Below, one piece after another: positions 18,291 through 33,142 of a DNA stretch of 64,000 bases. The notes below the pieces were generated by a model. The model was given only the letters and a program-made list of their open reading frames with translations, was not told where the DNA came from and made no database searches. The position numbers and the translations under genes are program-made. The stretch lies in the NCBI RefSeq assembly GCF_009914755.1, contig NC_060929.1. One strand, given 5' to 3'. The stretch comes from the human T2T-CHM13v2.0 reference genome, Homo sapiens. The stretch's first letter is position 1. Each line of letters begins with the position of its first letter.

Positions 18291-19162
18291 TGATCTTTTT
18301 CAAACAGGGAAATTTGTGCCCAAAGAGGTTACGGGAATCAGTCGACTCCACATAGCTGATGAGTGGCAGAAAGGAACTCAAGGCCCAGCTGTGCCCAGGT
18401 ATGCTACTCTAGTCCAGGGCTCTTTTCACTACACCCTCTGCCTTCACCTTCCGCCCTCCTGCCTTGCAGCAACAGCTCGAGATAAGGTCTCCACCACACA
18501 GTCACTGGCTGGTAAGTTACTCTTCTCTTTTTTTTTTGTTACTCATTTGAAGGTATGAGGAGGAAAAGCCCTCAGGAAACTTCATCAAAAAATCAAAAAT
18601 CATTTTAGATTGTGAGCACTTAAACTAATTTTTAATTGATTAAGTTAACAATCAATAATTTGATCGATAGATGTGTTCTATTTTGAATTCGAAGTATGAA
18701 GACCCAAACTACTCAAGAAACGATTTGTTTCTAATTTCTCAAAGTTTTGGTTTATTGAAAATATCCTCAGTGGGACTCAAACAATCAATTTCAAGTAAAT
18801 GTGGTAATAAAAATGTTATTGTAGCTTTGCCGGGATAGCCTGCCTTTCTGTCTCCATAGTTCAATTCCAAGTATAAAACACATGCAAATGGAAAGCCTGC
18901 TCCCAGAAACAGGTCCTTGCTTACTCCTATCTCCAGACAGACGGCCTCTGGGAGGCGGTGGTGGGGTTCACTTTATGGGAATTCATTGATCCTCAGATTT
19001 TCCCCATGGGAAAGTCAGAGACAGCAAATGTCATGAGGAAAGTCATATTTTCCAATGTTTTCACAGAATGTCTCACACAGTAACTATCCCCGTGAAATGA
19101 TTTTCTCTCTAAACTCCTCAGAGAGTTGTGCTCAGTATGTGAACTTTTAGAATAATCATCTA

Positions 19163-19480
<318 letters not shown>

Positions 19481-20349
19481 TTAAGAACCGAAAGCATCAC
19501 CAAAATGTGTTGTACTTTACCAGTCTATGTTTTCCAGGTCTCTCTGTGAGATTGTCACTGATTAAATGGTTAAACAGCAGCTTGAAACTGTAAGAGATAC
19601 ACTAGTAAGAATTTCTCAACCTACTTTTCAAAAGGCCAAATTTTTGGTACATTTACCCGGTCCTTTTTTTTTTTTTTTTCCTTTGTGCTTTTTCTGAGGA
19701 GCTCTCTGGTGAAACAAAAGCATTTTGACCTTCAACTGGAATTAAAAACTTGGTGGGCAGGGCAGGGGGAGGAACAATACCACCTCACCCGCCACCCAAG
19801 CCCTTTGTGGAGAAGAGCCTGAAGTAGCCCCAGAGAGGTTGACTCTATACTAGGAGTAGAAAGTATTAGCAAATACTCAATCTAATTTGCTGTATGTGGA
19901 CCTTAATAAAAAAGATGGCCTAATATATACACAGCGTCTTCCACTCTGAGAACTCCAAACATGACCTCCCCTTTTCAGCAGGCCACCTTGGATTCATTGA
20001 CCCATCCCTTTCCTACCAGCAGGGAGGTTCTCGCCAAGTCACACTCTGGTGGCTTCCTCCTCAACATCCCAGACTGGAGTCCTGTCTGTTAACACTCCTG
20101 ACGCCCTGTTGGGATTCAGTCATTTCTCAACTCCTGACCTCTTTTTCCTCTTAGAGAAGCACAGAAACAGCCAGTGGCTTAAGATTTCATCCTGGCACAA
20201 CTGTATCTCAAGAAACAGATTGCCAGCTCTCCTGGGGACAATCTCTATACCTTCTGTCAAGAACCCATGAGTTCTCCTCAGGCTCCCTTTAAGGTGGTTT
20301 CTCTTAAATGTTACCAACCTAAATCACTATTGTTTGAGATGTGTCCTAC

Positions 20350-20774
<425 letters not shown>

Positions 20775-20869
20775 GCCTTCTTTTTTATTATTACGTAAGA
20801 TAGATAACTTCCAGTCACCAATTTGGTGTAATCTCCCTTTGCAGAATTGTCCCTAGAAAAATGTTCTTA

Positions 20870-21060
20870 TTTTTTCATGTTTCCTTTCCAAGTTAAACAC
20901 CTTAGATTTGCTTAGCCCATTTTCATATTTTTGCTGGATGCCATTTTCCACTATCTTCATCAGGCTTTGTTTTCCCTCCTCTCTTGAATGGTGAAGCTGT
21001 TAACTAAACACTGTCCTCTCTGAAGGGTCTGACCATTGCTAAATATGTCCAATGTCCTCT
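20870..21060 (-). mobile_element. L3/CR1 fragment
   Basis: ttccaagttaaacacc, actaaacactgtcctc and ggtctgacca resemble recalled CR1 consensus. Confidence 0.45.
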
Positions 21061-21700
21061 TGGCTGCTTCATTTAACATGCCAGCCTTGAACTGTTCTTT
21101 CGAAAACCACTTTTAGTACATTTCTGATTGATGTTTAACTTTTGAAACCTGATTCTTTGAACACCTGAAAAACCCAGTGTTGCATTGGTGCAGTTCATTT
21201 TCCTTTTTGCTCCATTGTCACCCTAACCTACCCCATTCATTCAGCTTCCTCCAGTTTGGCCAAGTGGTTTTGAGGTCTCCCTTTCCCTGTGGCTTTTCCC
21301 TGTCTGGGGATGTGAGCCTGGCCATGGAGAAGCAATTTCCATGAGGTCCCCATAATTTTTAGGCTTTTCTGTGTGCCATCAGCATCCCCCAGCCACAAAT
21401 ACTGTCTGCTTCCCCACTCTTAGCTTAGGAGAATTTAGAGAAATAGATAGAGCTGTATAATCCAAACCAGATTCTCAAGGCTTACATATGTATGTCTTAA
21501 AAAATTAATAAGGTACACATGGTAACCTAAATTATTTAATCAAAATGTTACTTAAATATCTATAAGCATAAATCCATGTACAAACCCCTTACTTATATCT
21601 ATAGTTTTTATACAACTATCAAATAAAAATAAAATTATAAATTAAGTACAAACCACAAACCAAAATAATAATAATAATCAAATAAAGTAATTTAATGTAA

Positions 21701-21789
21701 GCTGGTCTTGAACTCCTGGTCTCAAGCGATACTTCCGCCTTGGCCTCCCAGAGTGCTTTGATTACAGGCATAAGCCACTGCGCCCAGCC
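21701..21789 (-). mobile_element. Alu/FLAM 5' fragment
   Basis: gctggtcttgaactcctgg...gccactgcgcccagcc. Confidence 0.85.
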
Positions 21790-22102
21790 AGGTTGTTTCA
21801 TTAAAATGGAAACCTCTCGCTTGATGTGAAAAGGGTACTGATGTTAATGGCAAAGGTTCTTTTCAGTTCCATGCACCTGTAGTATTGTTTGTAATGTAAA
21901 AACTCCATTTTGCCACCGCATTTTTTCATTCAAATTTCTGCAAAGATTTTGTTTCTTCAGAGCAATAAAATGTCTTTTGACCTTGGGTTGATCTGAGCAT
22001 CTTCTTCTAGCCCTTGAGGCTAGAAGACTGATGCCATATGTTATTTCCATGGTGTCACGTCAAAGTATCAATATGTTAAATCACTTAAGAAATGAAAGTC
22101 TT

Positions 22103-22380
<278 letters not shown>

Positions 22381-22400
22381 AAGAAATGAAAGTCTTACCT

Positions 22401-22745
<345 letters not shown>

Positions 22746-22794
22746 TTATTGATGTAAAATTAAAGTTTTGTCATTAATGAGATGAAATAATTCA

Positions 22795-23208
<414 letters not shown>

Positions 23209-23498
23209 TTACTTGAAATCCTTTTAGGATATCAAAAAGCCAAACTACATGTATTTAATACATTTGTAAATACAAAAATAAATGCAGGTGCTGAAATCAG
23301 CAGACATGGGTTTGTCTTTCATATTATCAAAAATTTAGTCCTTTATTATTAAAATGAAAATATAAAATTCAGGATTTTTCATTGTGAACTCAAAGACCCA
23401 GGAGAATATGTCCATAGACCTTGGAATGAGATAAATCTAGCTTGAGAAACAACCAAATTTACTGGAGTTGAAAGGAGCCCTTACAAAATACCTAGGGA

Positions 23499-23624
23499 TT
23501 GATGGGTTGACAGGTGCAGCAAACCAGCATGGCACATGTTTACCTATGTAACAAACCTGCACATCTGGGGTACATCTTGCACATGTACCCCAGAACTTAA
23601 AATAAAAATTACAAAAAAACCCAA
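23499..23624 (+). mobile_element. Very short L1PA 3' end inserted in a MIR
   Basis: ggtgcagcaaacc...catgtaccccagaacttaaaataaaa; TSD tacctaggga on both sides. Confidence 0.9.
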
Positions 23625-24089
23625 AAATTACCTAGGGAAGACTAGACCATCTTGGCCAACCTCCTCTCCTCAACTTGAAATGGAAGACTAGGGATCTGAA
23701 GAGCTTAAATGATTGGTCGGTGACAGATATGGGTCTCCAGATTCCAATTTCATGACCCTTCCCACTACATCAACACTTGCCAACTTGTCTTACATTTCAT
23801 GATGTTGCATCCCATTAATACTTTGAATACACAAAGCCCGCTAATGCTCAGAAAATATTTTTATAATATTTGGTCATATTCATTGACCAAAGAAAAATCC
23901 TGCAAAATGGTAGCACTTCAATTTATTTAAATGATTCTTTAATGAATATCCATTTAGGAGGACTCTATTTATTAATTACATCTGTATAAACTAACACTTT
24001 GTTTTATTTTTTGTAAGATTACTTCTTTCCAGTTTCTAAGATTGCCTGGGGTTTATAAGTGTGTTCAAATCTCCACTATCCTAAAGGGA

Positions 24090-24674
24090 TGCTGTGGTCT
24101 AAATGTGTTCTTCCAAAATTCACATGTTGAAATTTCATCACCAGTGTGATAGTATTGAGAGGTGGGGCCTTGACTCAGGGAGAAAGGGTGGGAAGGAGGG
24201 GAGGGATAAAAGACTACAAATGGGGTGCAGTGTATACTGCTTGGGTCATGGGTGCACCCAAATCTCACAAATCACCACTAAAGCACTTACCCATGTAACC
24301 ATACACCACCTGTTCCCCAATAACCTACAGATATAAAAAATTAATTAATTAATTTTAAAAAAAGATAGCAATGGGGCTTTTAGAAGGTGATTAGGTCATG
24401 AGGGCTCCACCTTCGTGAATGAGATTCATGCCCATATAAAAGAGGCTTCACAGAGCATTGGTCCCTTTTGCTCTTCCATCTTTTCTGCCCTGTGAGGACA
24501 CAGCAACAAGGCGCCATCTTGGAAGCAGAGAGGGCGTTTTCACCAGACATCAGATTTTCTGTTGCTTTAATCTTGGACCTCCCAGCCTCCAGAACTGTAA
24601 GAAATAAATTTCTGTTGTTTGTAAATTACCCAGTCCAAGGCCTTCTGTTATAGCAGCAGGAAAAGATTGAGACA
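24090..24674 (+). mobile_element. MaLR LTR (MSTD/MLT1A-like), interrupted
   Basis: TG...CA termini; ccaaaattcacatgttgaaa, gagggctccacc, aataaatttctgttgttt. Confidence 0.9.
24172..24363 (+). mobile_element. L1PB-like 3' end inside the LTR
   Basis: gagggataaaagactaca, aatctcacaaatcaccactaaag, ccacctgttccccaa; tggggcctt/tggggcttt repeated at the flanks. Confidence 0.88.
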
Positions 24675-24779
24675 AGGACCTCCCTTAACATTATTCCTAC
24701 TCAAATTGTTCCCTCCCCCTCCCTCTGTGTCATCCAAGGTTTTTGAAAATGAAATAGAAAATTAATGTCTCCATTTGCT

Positions 24780-26290
24780 AACTTCCCATTCTCTCAGTAG
24801 CCCATGTAAGTGGTGTAAGGGAGCTTCTCTGTTCTTCTGTTTTCACTACTCCATTGAAATTGTCCCCTCAAAGGCCACACTGGTATCCTAATTGCCACAT
24901 CTAGTGAGCTTGTTATGTATTATTGTACTTCACCTTTCCAAAGGGCACTTCCCTCTTAAAACTCTTCATCCATGGCTTTCTTGATGCTTGTCTTTACTTT
25001 GTCCATCTGCTCCTCTGATTTGCACTTTCTTTGTGTTACCTGATTTCTCTTCCCAACTTCATGAATATTGATATTCCTTAGGATTGTATCATTATTCTTT
25101 TTTCTTCCTTATTGAATGTCATCCCAATGATGGTTTCATGTGGACCCATCTTTTAATAATGCGTAAATGTGTCCCTTTAATCCATCTTTTTTCTCAGGTC
25201 CAGAGAAGTATTTCTAGAAAACATAAACATTTAAGAGATAAGCATGGGATTCTAGGTCTGCAAAAAAAGCTGGGGTTGTAATTACAATATTTATATTTAA
25301 TCATAGTATTCCATATAGAAATACAAAAATATTTTTTATATGGAAAAGGAAAGAGGAAATGAAGGAAGAGAGAGTTTCAAGGAGGCAATAGTCAACTGTT
25401 TCAAATGCTACAGTCACGTCGAATAAGATAATAATGGAAGTATTCTTTAGTCTTAGCTACTTGGAGGTTACTGGAATCTTGGCAAGAGCAATTTGGTATC
25501 AAATCCAAATAAAAATTTGTTGAGGAGTGACTTAGAAGAGAAGAAATACAGACTGTGAATGTAGAAAATCTCCAGCAACTTAACTGTGGAAAAAAGGAGA
25601 GTTTATGATCTGAGGGGAACCTAGGGTCTGAGGAAGGGTATGCTTTATTGGTTAAGAAGGAGCCAGGACAGAGAAGGGGCAAAAGATAGGAGCGAAGGGA
25701 AGCCACATGCCTGACCAGATATTGTGAACTAATGAGTCTTAGGCAGGAAAAGAGGTACCTCTTTCATTGGCTAGGAGGAATGAACTTGAGGGTGGTTGTA
25801 CTTCTTGTTGACTGAGGGAGCAGCCAAGTATTCCAAAAAGTTCACATCAAATAGTTTTTTTTTGTTCTCTTCAAAAATTGCAAAATAAGAGGTGAGGTCT
25901 CCTTCTGATGTTCATAGAAAACATGATGAGAGATTTGAGGAGAGTTGATATTAAAGAAGGAACTGACAGCCTTCCATAATTTATGTTCTTATCTGTCCAA
26001 CACCCTGCTGCTAGAGAGACATTTCTGAAATGTGGATCCAATCATGATGATTTTTGGCTCCCAGGTTCCCACAAGATAAATTCCTATCCATAACTTGTTC
26101 TGTACAGCCTTCCACAGTGCAGCTCCCACTAATCTCAAGCCTCATCAGCACCCCCTCCACCCCAGCTTCCAGCATCACCGTTATTCAAACATGGTACATG
26201 CCAGAACTCCCTGCCTAGAATTCCTTTAACCTCACTTCTCTGCCCAAAAACCTCCATCCACCCTGCAAAATTCAGTTTAAGAGTTTCTTC
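24780..26290. mobile_element. L2 fragments in alternating orientation
   Basis: Plus: tttcactactccattgaaattg; minus: gtcaactgtttcaaatgctac, ttggaggttactgg; plus: gctagagagacatttctgaaatg. Confidence 0.55.
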
Positions 26291-26291
26291 C

Positions 26292-26405
26292 GGTCAGGCG
26301 TGGTGGGTAATCCCAGCACTTTGAGAGGTCAAGGAAGAATTGCTTGAGGCCTGGAGTTTGAGACCAGTGTGGGCAACGTAGGGAGACTCTGTCTCTATAA
26401 AAAAT
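26292..26405 (+). mobile_element. FLAM_C-like Alu monomer
   Basis: taatcccagcactttg, tgcttgaggcctggagtttgagacc, gactctgtctctataaaaaa. Confidence 0.85.
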
Positions 26406-28959
26406 TCAAATTTTAACATTCTTGTTCTTTTCAAAAGAAGTATCTTCTTACTCTGGATATATCTTACTTTTTCTAACCTGTTTTCTCTGTATACTGATTT
26501 TATTTATTTATGCACTGATTTATTTTTACTCTGTCACTCTTAGGTATTTTTGTATGGTGTTTCAAATCCCCTTGAGGGATATGTTTCTTCCATTAATTTA
26601 ATTAACTAGCCAATGAATATGTATTCTGCAAAATATAGTGTATAACTTTAAGGAGCTCCAAGGAAACAGGCAGCCATAATTCAATGTAACCTGTGCTATA
26701 AAGAAAGATGGACAAAGCTGCCACAGGCTTGGAGTGGAGAGAGTAGTAGTGAATGGGGATGGGAGTAAAGGAGACCACTGAAGGCTTCCTATATGCATGC
26801 TCATGCTTCTGTCCCTCTCACAAGGAGTTTCATGGTGAGTTCCATGAAGTCTAGGGCAGTGCCTTGTCCAACAGGGTGTCCCCGGGTTGCAGCATATTGA
26901 CTATTACGTTGTGCCTGCTCTACAAGGTTAAACAGATGCTCGTATTGAGGAAGCAATTGTATAGCTTCCTACTTTCGGGATCTTATAGACTCCTGTTACA
27001 ATTATTTTCAGCCGGAAAGATTAATTATTCTTTCTAACGTGTTGCCACTTCTTAAAATATCTGTTCACGGTTATTGAGAGGTGAAAACAAAAAAAAAAAC
27101 CTTTTTGATGCCATTGGAAAGTCCAGTCATTACTGCTCTCAGCGCGGCCATCTGTTTATTGCTCTGTTCCGTGAATCCCTGACTCAGCTTCTCCTCTATC
27201 ACGAGGGCCCTGCCAAGAGCAAATTCCTCTTCTGCACTCACCACCAAGGATTCGGCTTCTTCCTTCCTTCAATTCTTTTGTCTGTGCTAATCATTTGTTG
27301 TTAAGTTGCCTGAAAAGAAATGGATGTGATCATTGTATAGGACTTTTTTTTTTTAATAAAAAGAAAGAACGAAAAGGCTCTGCTTTCTCCTTGCACATCA
27401 CTGTTTGGTGCTCAATCTAGCATGACTTCTGCTTTGTATATTTGGGTTGCTAAACAAGAGAGTCATTGTTATCCGCTTAATTTGAAATCATGATTTTTCT
27501 ATGAAGCATTCTAATCTCAGCTTTACCAGCAGATGGGCTTACACCTAAAATAAGACTAGCTTCTCGCCTACCCATTTTGTCTGTTTAAATCCTTTTTATA
27601 GGAGTATGAAAGGCTAGGGGTTGAAATTTTCACATGTTCTGTGACTACTTGTTGCAGAAGTTTCCAGACTTGAAATATGCAGCTGTAAAATATTCAATTG
27701 CAAAGGCTGCAACACCTAGTCCCACAGCTATCAACATCTTGCCAGCCCCTGGAAATGTCTACATCAGGTCTGGTGGTCCCAGGCCTGTCTTACCTGTATT
27801 AGTACAGTGGCTCGTGATGGTTCTAGATTCCATCTTGTACTTCAGGTGGGAGTCATACTTTCTCCTGCCATAAAGCCCTCTTTCTTTCAGATCATTCAAA
27901 TCTTTCAGATTGTTTGTGTATTCTCTTTTCCTCCCAAGACTAATTTCTAGCAACAAGCAACTGTTATGTTAAAATTCCTTTTATCAAATAGGAGTACATT
28001 TGGAATAGTGATATTCTTTGGAATAGCAATATAGCAATAGGAGTCCATTTGGAATAGCAATGGTGAGGAGGTGAGAGTCCAGAACTCCTAATAGAGTTAC
28101 AGTAGACAGTCCCTGAGGAAGGTGGGTTCAGTCAACTGCAGAGTTGTTATTTTGTTTCCATGATATGGATATGCAACTTTGGGGTTGAAATGAATGTCTC
28201 AGGACAACAGAAAAGAAGTTAGAGCTGCCGCCTTCTTGGCTCTTCTCCCAGGTAGCCTTAAGCCTTTCTTCTAAATAAGTGTTTAGCAAATACTTTAACA
28301 CTGTTTGAAGAGGTGCCAAATGATTAGCCTCTCCAGAGAACCGAATGTCCTGGTTCCCTTGCTTGCTAGTAACAGATAGCTCAGAATTCAGCACCTAAAA
28401 CTAGCCTGTGTTGCATTTTCTCTAGGGGTCTCTCTTGTCATTGAACAGAACACAGACTCATTGGTCACATCTTTGATGACATGTACCCCTACCAAAGTTT
28501 TCTCGAGTGTTCCCTCTTTTGATTGACACTATTTCTGAGAAAGATTTCATTGTGAGCTCTCCTCCCAAACATGCTAAATAAAACAGATGTGCACCCTTTT
28601 GGGGTTCCCCTCCATATGACCTCCTTTTTCAGAGAAGGGCCCCATTTTCTCTGGGTGGAAGGTTGTAAACATATGGAATTCATTACTAGAAGCAGTGGTT
28701 CAGGCTGTTTCCGAACCCTAAGCCAGTTCCCTTACCATGACAAAACATTCCCCACAATCTCATCATGACTCATTTTTATCTTTAAATAACCTCTGGTGTG
28801 GAAAATTGTCAAGGTTTTTGAAAAGTTTAAGAAATGATGTCCGCATGCTTATTGACCCGCTCAGAGAATTCTAGTAGATAAAGCCTGTTGTCTCCTAACA
28901 GAAATCATTGTCTATGTTTGCTGAATAGTCCATGACTGCCCTGGAACTTACAAAGGTGA

Positions 28960-29560
28960 ATTTATTTAAATCCTAATGTGTGTTCATCATTGTGCTCAAC
29001 TCTAGGAGGGGAGAGAAAGAAGTATAAAGGCATGGTCTTTGGTACTAAACACCTTGAAATCAAGTCAGATGGATTAAAAGAAGTCACAAAATGATTAGCA
29101 AACAAGAAGATACATAAATGTGGTGGTGACTAACACTATAAAAGGAGTTCAGAAAATAAAGAAACAAGTGTATTAGAAGAAGAAGGACAAATCTTCAGAG
29201 AGAAGAGAGCCCTCAAGTTGAGTCTTGAAACCTAAGTAGGCTTTATAGAGACAGAGCAAAGGGAAGACTGCAGAGAGCTTCCAGGCATTCCAGAAATAAA
29301 AGGGAAATAGCATGAGAGAAGACTCAGAAGTAGGATTGTCTGGTCGCAGCAAACATGTAAAGGAGTCTGAGAAGTTCAGGATGAAACTAAGGAAAGCCTA
29401 GAACAGCAAGCCAGAATAGTGAGAACTTGATATGATACACAATAAATAGTTTTGAAAGGGCTTTAAGCATATTTAGGAATTTAGTATTACAAAGAAAAGA
29501 AGGTGTTTGGAAGTGAGAAATGGAAGCAGTTTATTGAAGGACTATCAAGACAAGCCAAAA
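28960..29560 (-). mobile_element. L2 fragment
   Basis: ggagttcagaaaa, aagttgagtcttgaa and cattccagaaataaagggaaatagcatg typical of antisense L2. Confidence 0.5.
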
Positions 29561-29609
29561 CTGAGAGTTTTTGTTTTGTTTTGTTTTTTTGTTTTGTTTT
29601 TTAATTTAT

Positions 29610-29914
29610 GACCAGGCATGGTGGCTCATGCCTATAATCTCAGCACTTTGGGAGGCCAAGGAAGAAGGATCACTTGGGCCCAGGAGTTCAAGACCACCCT
29701 AGGCAATATAGTCAGAACCTATCTCTACAAAAAAAAAAAAAAAAAAAAAAAAAAAGTCAGGTGTGGTGGCACACACCTGTGGTCTCAGCTACTCAGGAGA
29801 CTGAGGCAGGAGGATTGCGTGAGCCCATGTGGTTGAGGCTGCAGTGATTGTGCTGCTACACTCCAGCCTGGGCAACAGAGTGAGACCCTGTCTCAAAAAT
29901 ATATATATATATAT
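29610..29914 (+). mobile_element. AluJ with expanded middle A27 tract and (AT)n tail
   Basis: aggatcacttgggcccaggag and gaggctgcagtga (J diagnostics); A27 at 29729-29755. Confidence 0.93.
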
Positions 29915-30031
29915 TAGGATAGACTGAACATGAATGAAGACAAGTGAAAGAGCACAAGGAAAACTTGAAGGTAGAAAGAATAGTAATAATGGATGTGGAG
30001 TTCTAAAGGAATGACTACTGTTATTAAAATC

Positions 30032-30487
30032 TGTACTAGTTTCCTGGGACTGTCATAACAAAATGTCACAAACTAAGTGGCTTTAAATGACAGAATTCAT
30101 TCTCTCCCAGTTCTGGAGGTTCTAAGTCTAAAACCAAGGTGTTGGCAGGGCTGTGTTCTCTCTGTGGGCCCTAAGGAGGAAACCCTTCCTTGCCTCTTTT
30201 GGCTTCTGGTGGTGGTTGGCAATCCTCAGCATTCCTTGGCTTGTAGCAGCATCACTCCAGTCTCTGCCTCCATCTTCACATGGGCTACATCCCACCATGT
30301 CCTGTGACTCTGTATGTCCTCTCCTCTTCTTGCAAGAATGGTAATCACTTTGGACTTAGGACGCACCTTAGTCCAGTATATTGCTTCTTAACTAATTACA
30401 TCAGCAAAGATCCTATTTCCAAATAAAGTCACATTCTGAAGTTCCAGGTGGACTTGAATTTCAGGGGATTACGATTCAATCCAGAAA
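30032..30487 (-). mobile_element. MLT1C-like MaLR LTR
   Basis: tgtactagtttcctggg, cagttctggagg, cattccttggcttgtag, ctatttccaaataaagtcacattctga. Confidence 0.85.
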
Positions 30488-30821
30488 GTATATGAAGGGG
30501 TTAACCTTATAGGACCTCAAGGGAAGAGTCTCTCCCTCCAGGATTCTAGGGGAAATGAGAGGCGATTCAGGGCCAGTGAGTGTGAGAGTGAGAAGAGAGT
30601 CTGATCATCTGTAAAGCAGAACAGGCTTCCATTGAGAGGGGACTATGGTTATGGGAAGCAGAAATAGCAGTTTAAGAGGAAAGGGGGCCTGGAGGAGTCA
30701 CAGTAGAGAGTAAAGGAGAGAGGCACAAAGGATCAATGAGTTCCCAGTGTCAGAGTGGGTCTGGAGGCTATGCGTGTTCAATGAATCAGGTCATCACAAT
30801 ATTTTTACTTCCTCTTATCCT

Positions 30822-31391
<570 letters not shown>

Positions 31392-32359
31392 TATAATGAC
31401 TATTTTAAAATTTTGTTAATCCACCAGTTTTTCAGTTACGAGAGTTAGTCTTAGTCTGTAATTCCCATAGTATTTTCTGGAGCATTTCTTGTGTACAAGG
31501 GTCACATTGGTTTTAGGGAATAACAGATGTCACATTTTGGCCAGCAGATCCACAGAAGTACACTTGAGTCCTTCAAATTTTCTGACAAAATGCTAGTCGG
31601 TGAAAATGACCTTCTTTAGGCAAATACATTTGTATGAAAAAAAAAAAAAACTAAAGTACATGGATAGTTTTTTTTTCTCAAATAGGGTTTTAATCTAAAC
31701 AGGGTACCCCAGTTTATTGTATGTATCTACTCTGGAAATTCAGTGGTTCATATTTGGAGAAATATATTTTATTTTTTAAGTAAAAAATGCAAATTCAATT
31801 CAAAAACACAATATTTTTCACGCATACACACTCACATACACCAGATAATTCTGAAGGATTTAACTGAGCTCCTAAAAAATAAAACGGGGCTACATGGTAC
31901 TTAATTGAATTATTTTTATAAAATTTGATAATGATATCTTGAAAAGGGTTGGGAGGGTACTTTAATTTTTTTTTTTAATGTCTAACTTCTGTTTCTAGGG
32001 TCAGAGCTCCACTCAGCTGACCTATTGATTCATGGAGAGAAAACTATAAGAACCAAAATGTAGATTCACAGTGTAACCCTACTGCAGGAATTGTCTTCAA
32101 ACATTGTACCCATGGAAAGAGCAGGGCCTTTGGAGCCAGAAAGCCTGAGTTAGAATCTAGACTTATTTATTTATTGAATTGATATCTCACTTAAATTATT
32201 TGCATTTATGCCATCATATAGGATTGAAATTTAATCTAAATTTTGATTCTGAATTTTTGCTTAAGGCATCTTCACCAAGTTAAAAGTATGATGTAGCATT
32301 TGAGGGTCACTTGTATTTTTAAAAATGTTTTACTTTGAAATAAAATGTAATCCCTGAGC

Positions 32360-32451
32360 AACTCTGCACCTGCATGACCCTGGGAGTGAGGGTGTCTCTA
32401 AATTTTGCATCCAATGAGCTCCATCCAAGAGACAGCCTTGTCCTAGTCTTG
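32360..32451. mobile_element. MER91A-like (hAT-Tip100) half element
   Basis: gcacctgcatgaccctgggagtgag...taaattttgc...cctagtc. Confidence 0.55.
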
Positions 32452-32773
32452 TGTGGAAAGGAGACAAAAGCAGGAACGGGCAAACGGAAAAGTCAGGCTG
32501 TCATGCAGATCTCAATGAAATCCTTGGCCAATCCCATGGCAGTCCTGAAGCGAGAAAGGAAATGGCTTTTCAGCACAGGCTCCTGCTGTCCAGAGCTCAG
32601 GCCAGGTCTTCCAGTCCTAAATCAGTCATTGGATTTGCACTGGACAAGGCAGCTCTCTGAAGCTGAGGCAATCCCTGTAAGGACTAAAGTCACCTGTGGC
32701 AGCCCTATCAGCAGCCATCAGCAGGTTATTCATTGAAGGGAGACCTGGGCAGGACTTCACAGCATCCTTTACA
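32452..32773 (-). mobile_element. LTR16C-like (ERVL) LTR
   Basis: tcagtcattggat, cagctctctgaagctgaggcaatccct, gaagggagacctgggc, cacagcatcc. Confidence 0.7.
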
Positions 32774-32831
32774 CTATCTTATTTATTTATTAATTTATGT
32801 CTTTATCGTAGTTATTATCTAGAATGTTAGC

Positions 32832-33142
32832 TTTTTTTTTTTTTTTTTTGAGACAGAGTTTCACTCTTTGCCCAGGCTGGAGTGCAATGGCGAGATCTCG
32901 GCTCACTGCAACCTCCACCTCCCGGGTCAAGCGATTCTCCTGCCTCAGCCTCCCAAGTAGCTGGGATTACAGGCACCTGCCACCATGCCCGGCTAATTTT
33001 TTTTTTTTTTTTTTTTGTATTTTTAGTAGACACGGGATTTCACCATGTTGGCCAGGGAGGTCTCGATCTCTGGACCTCGTGATCCGCCTGCCTTGGCCTC
33101 CCAAAGTGCTGGGATTACAGGCGTGAGCCACTGAGCCCGGCC
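32832..33142 (-). mobile_element. AluS (Sc-like) inserted in an L2 3' end
   Basis: Full dimer; flanks join as L2 ctagaatgttagct / gagggcaggga...ttgttcact. Confidence 0.95.
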
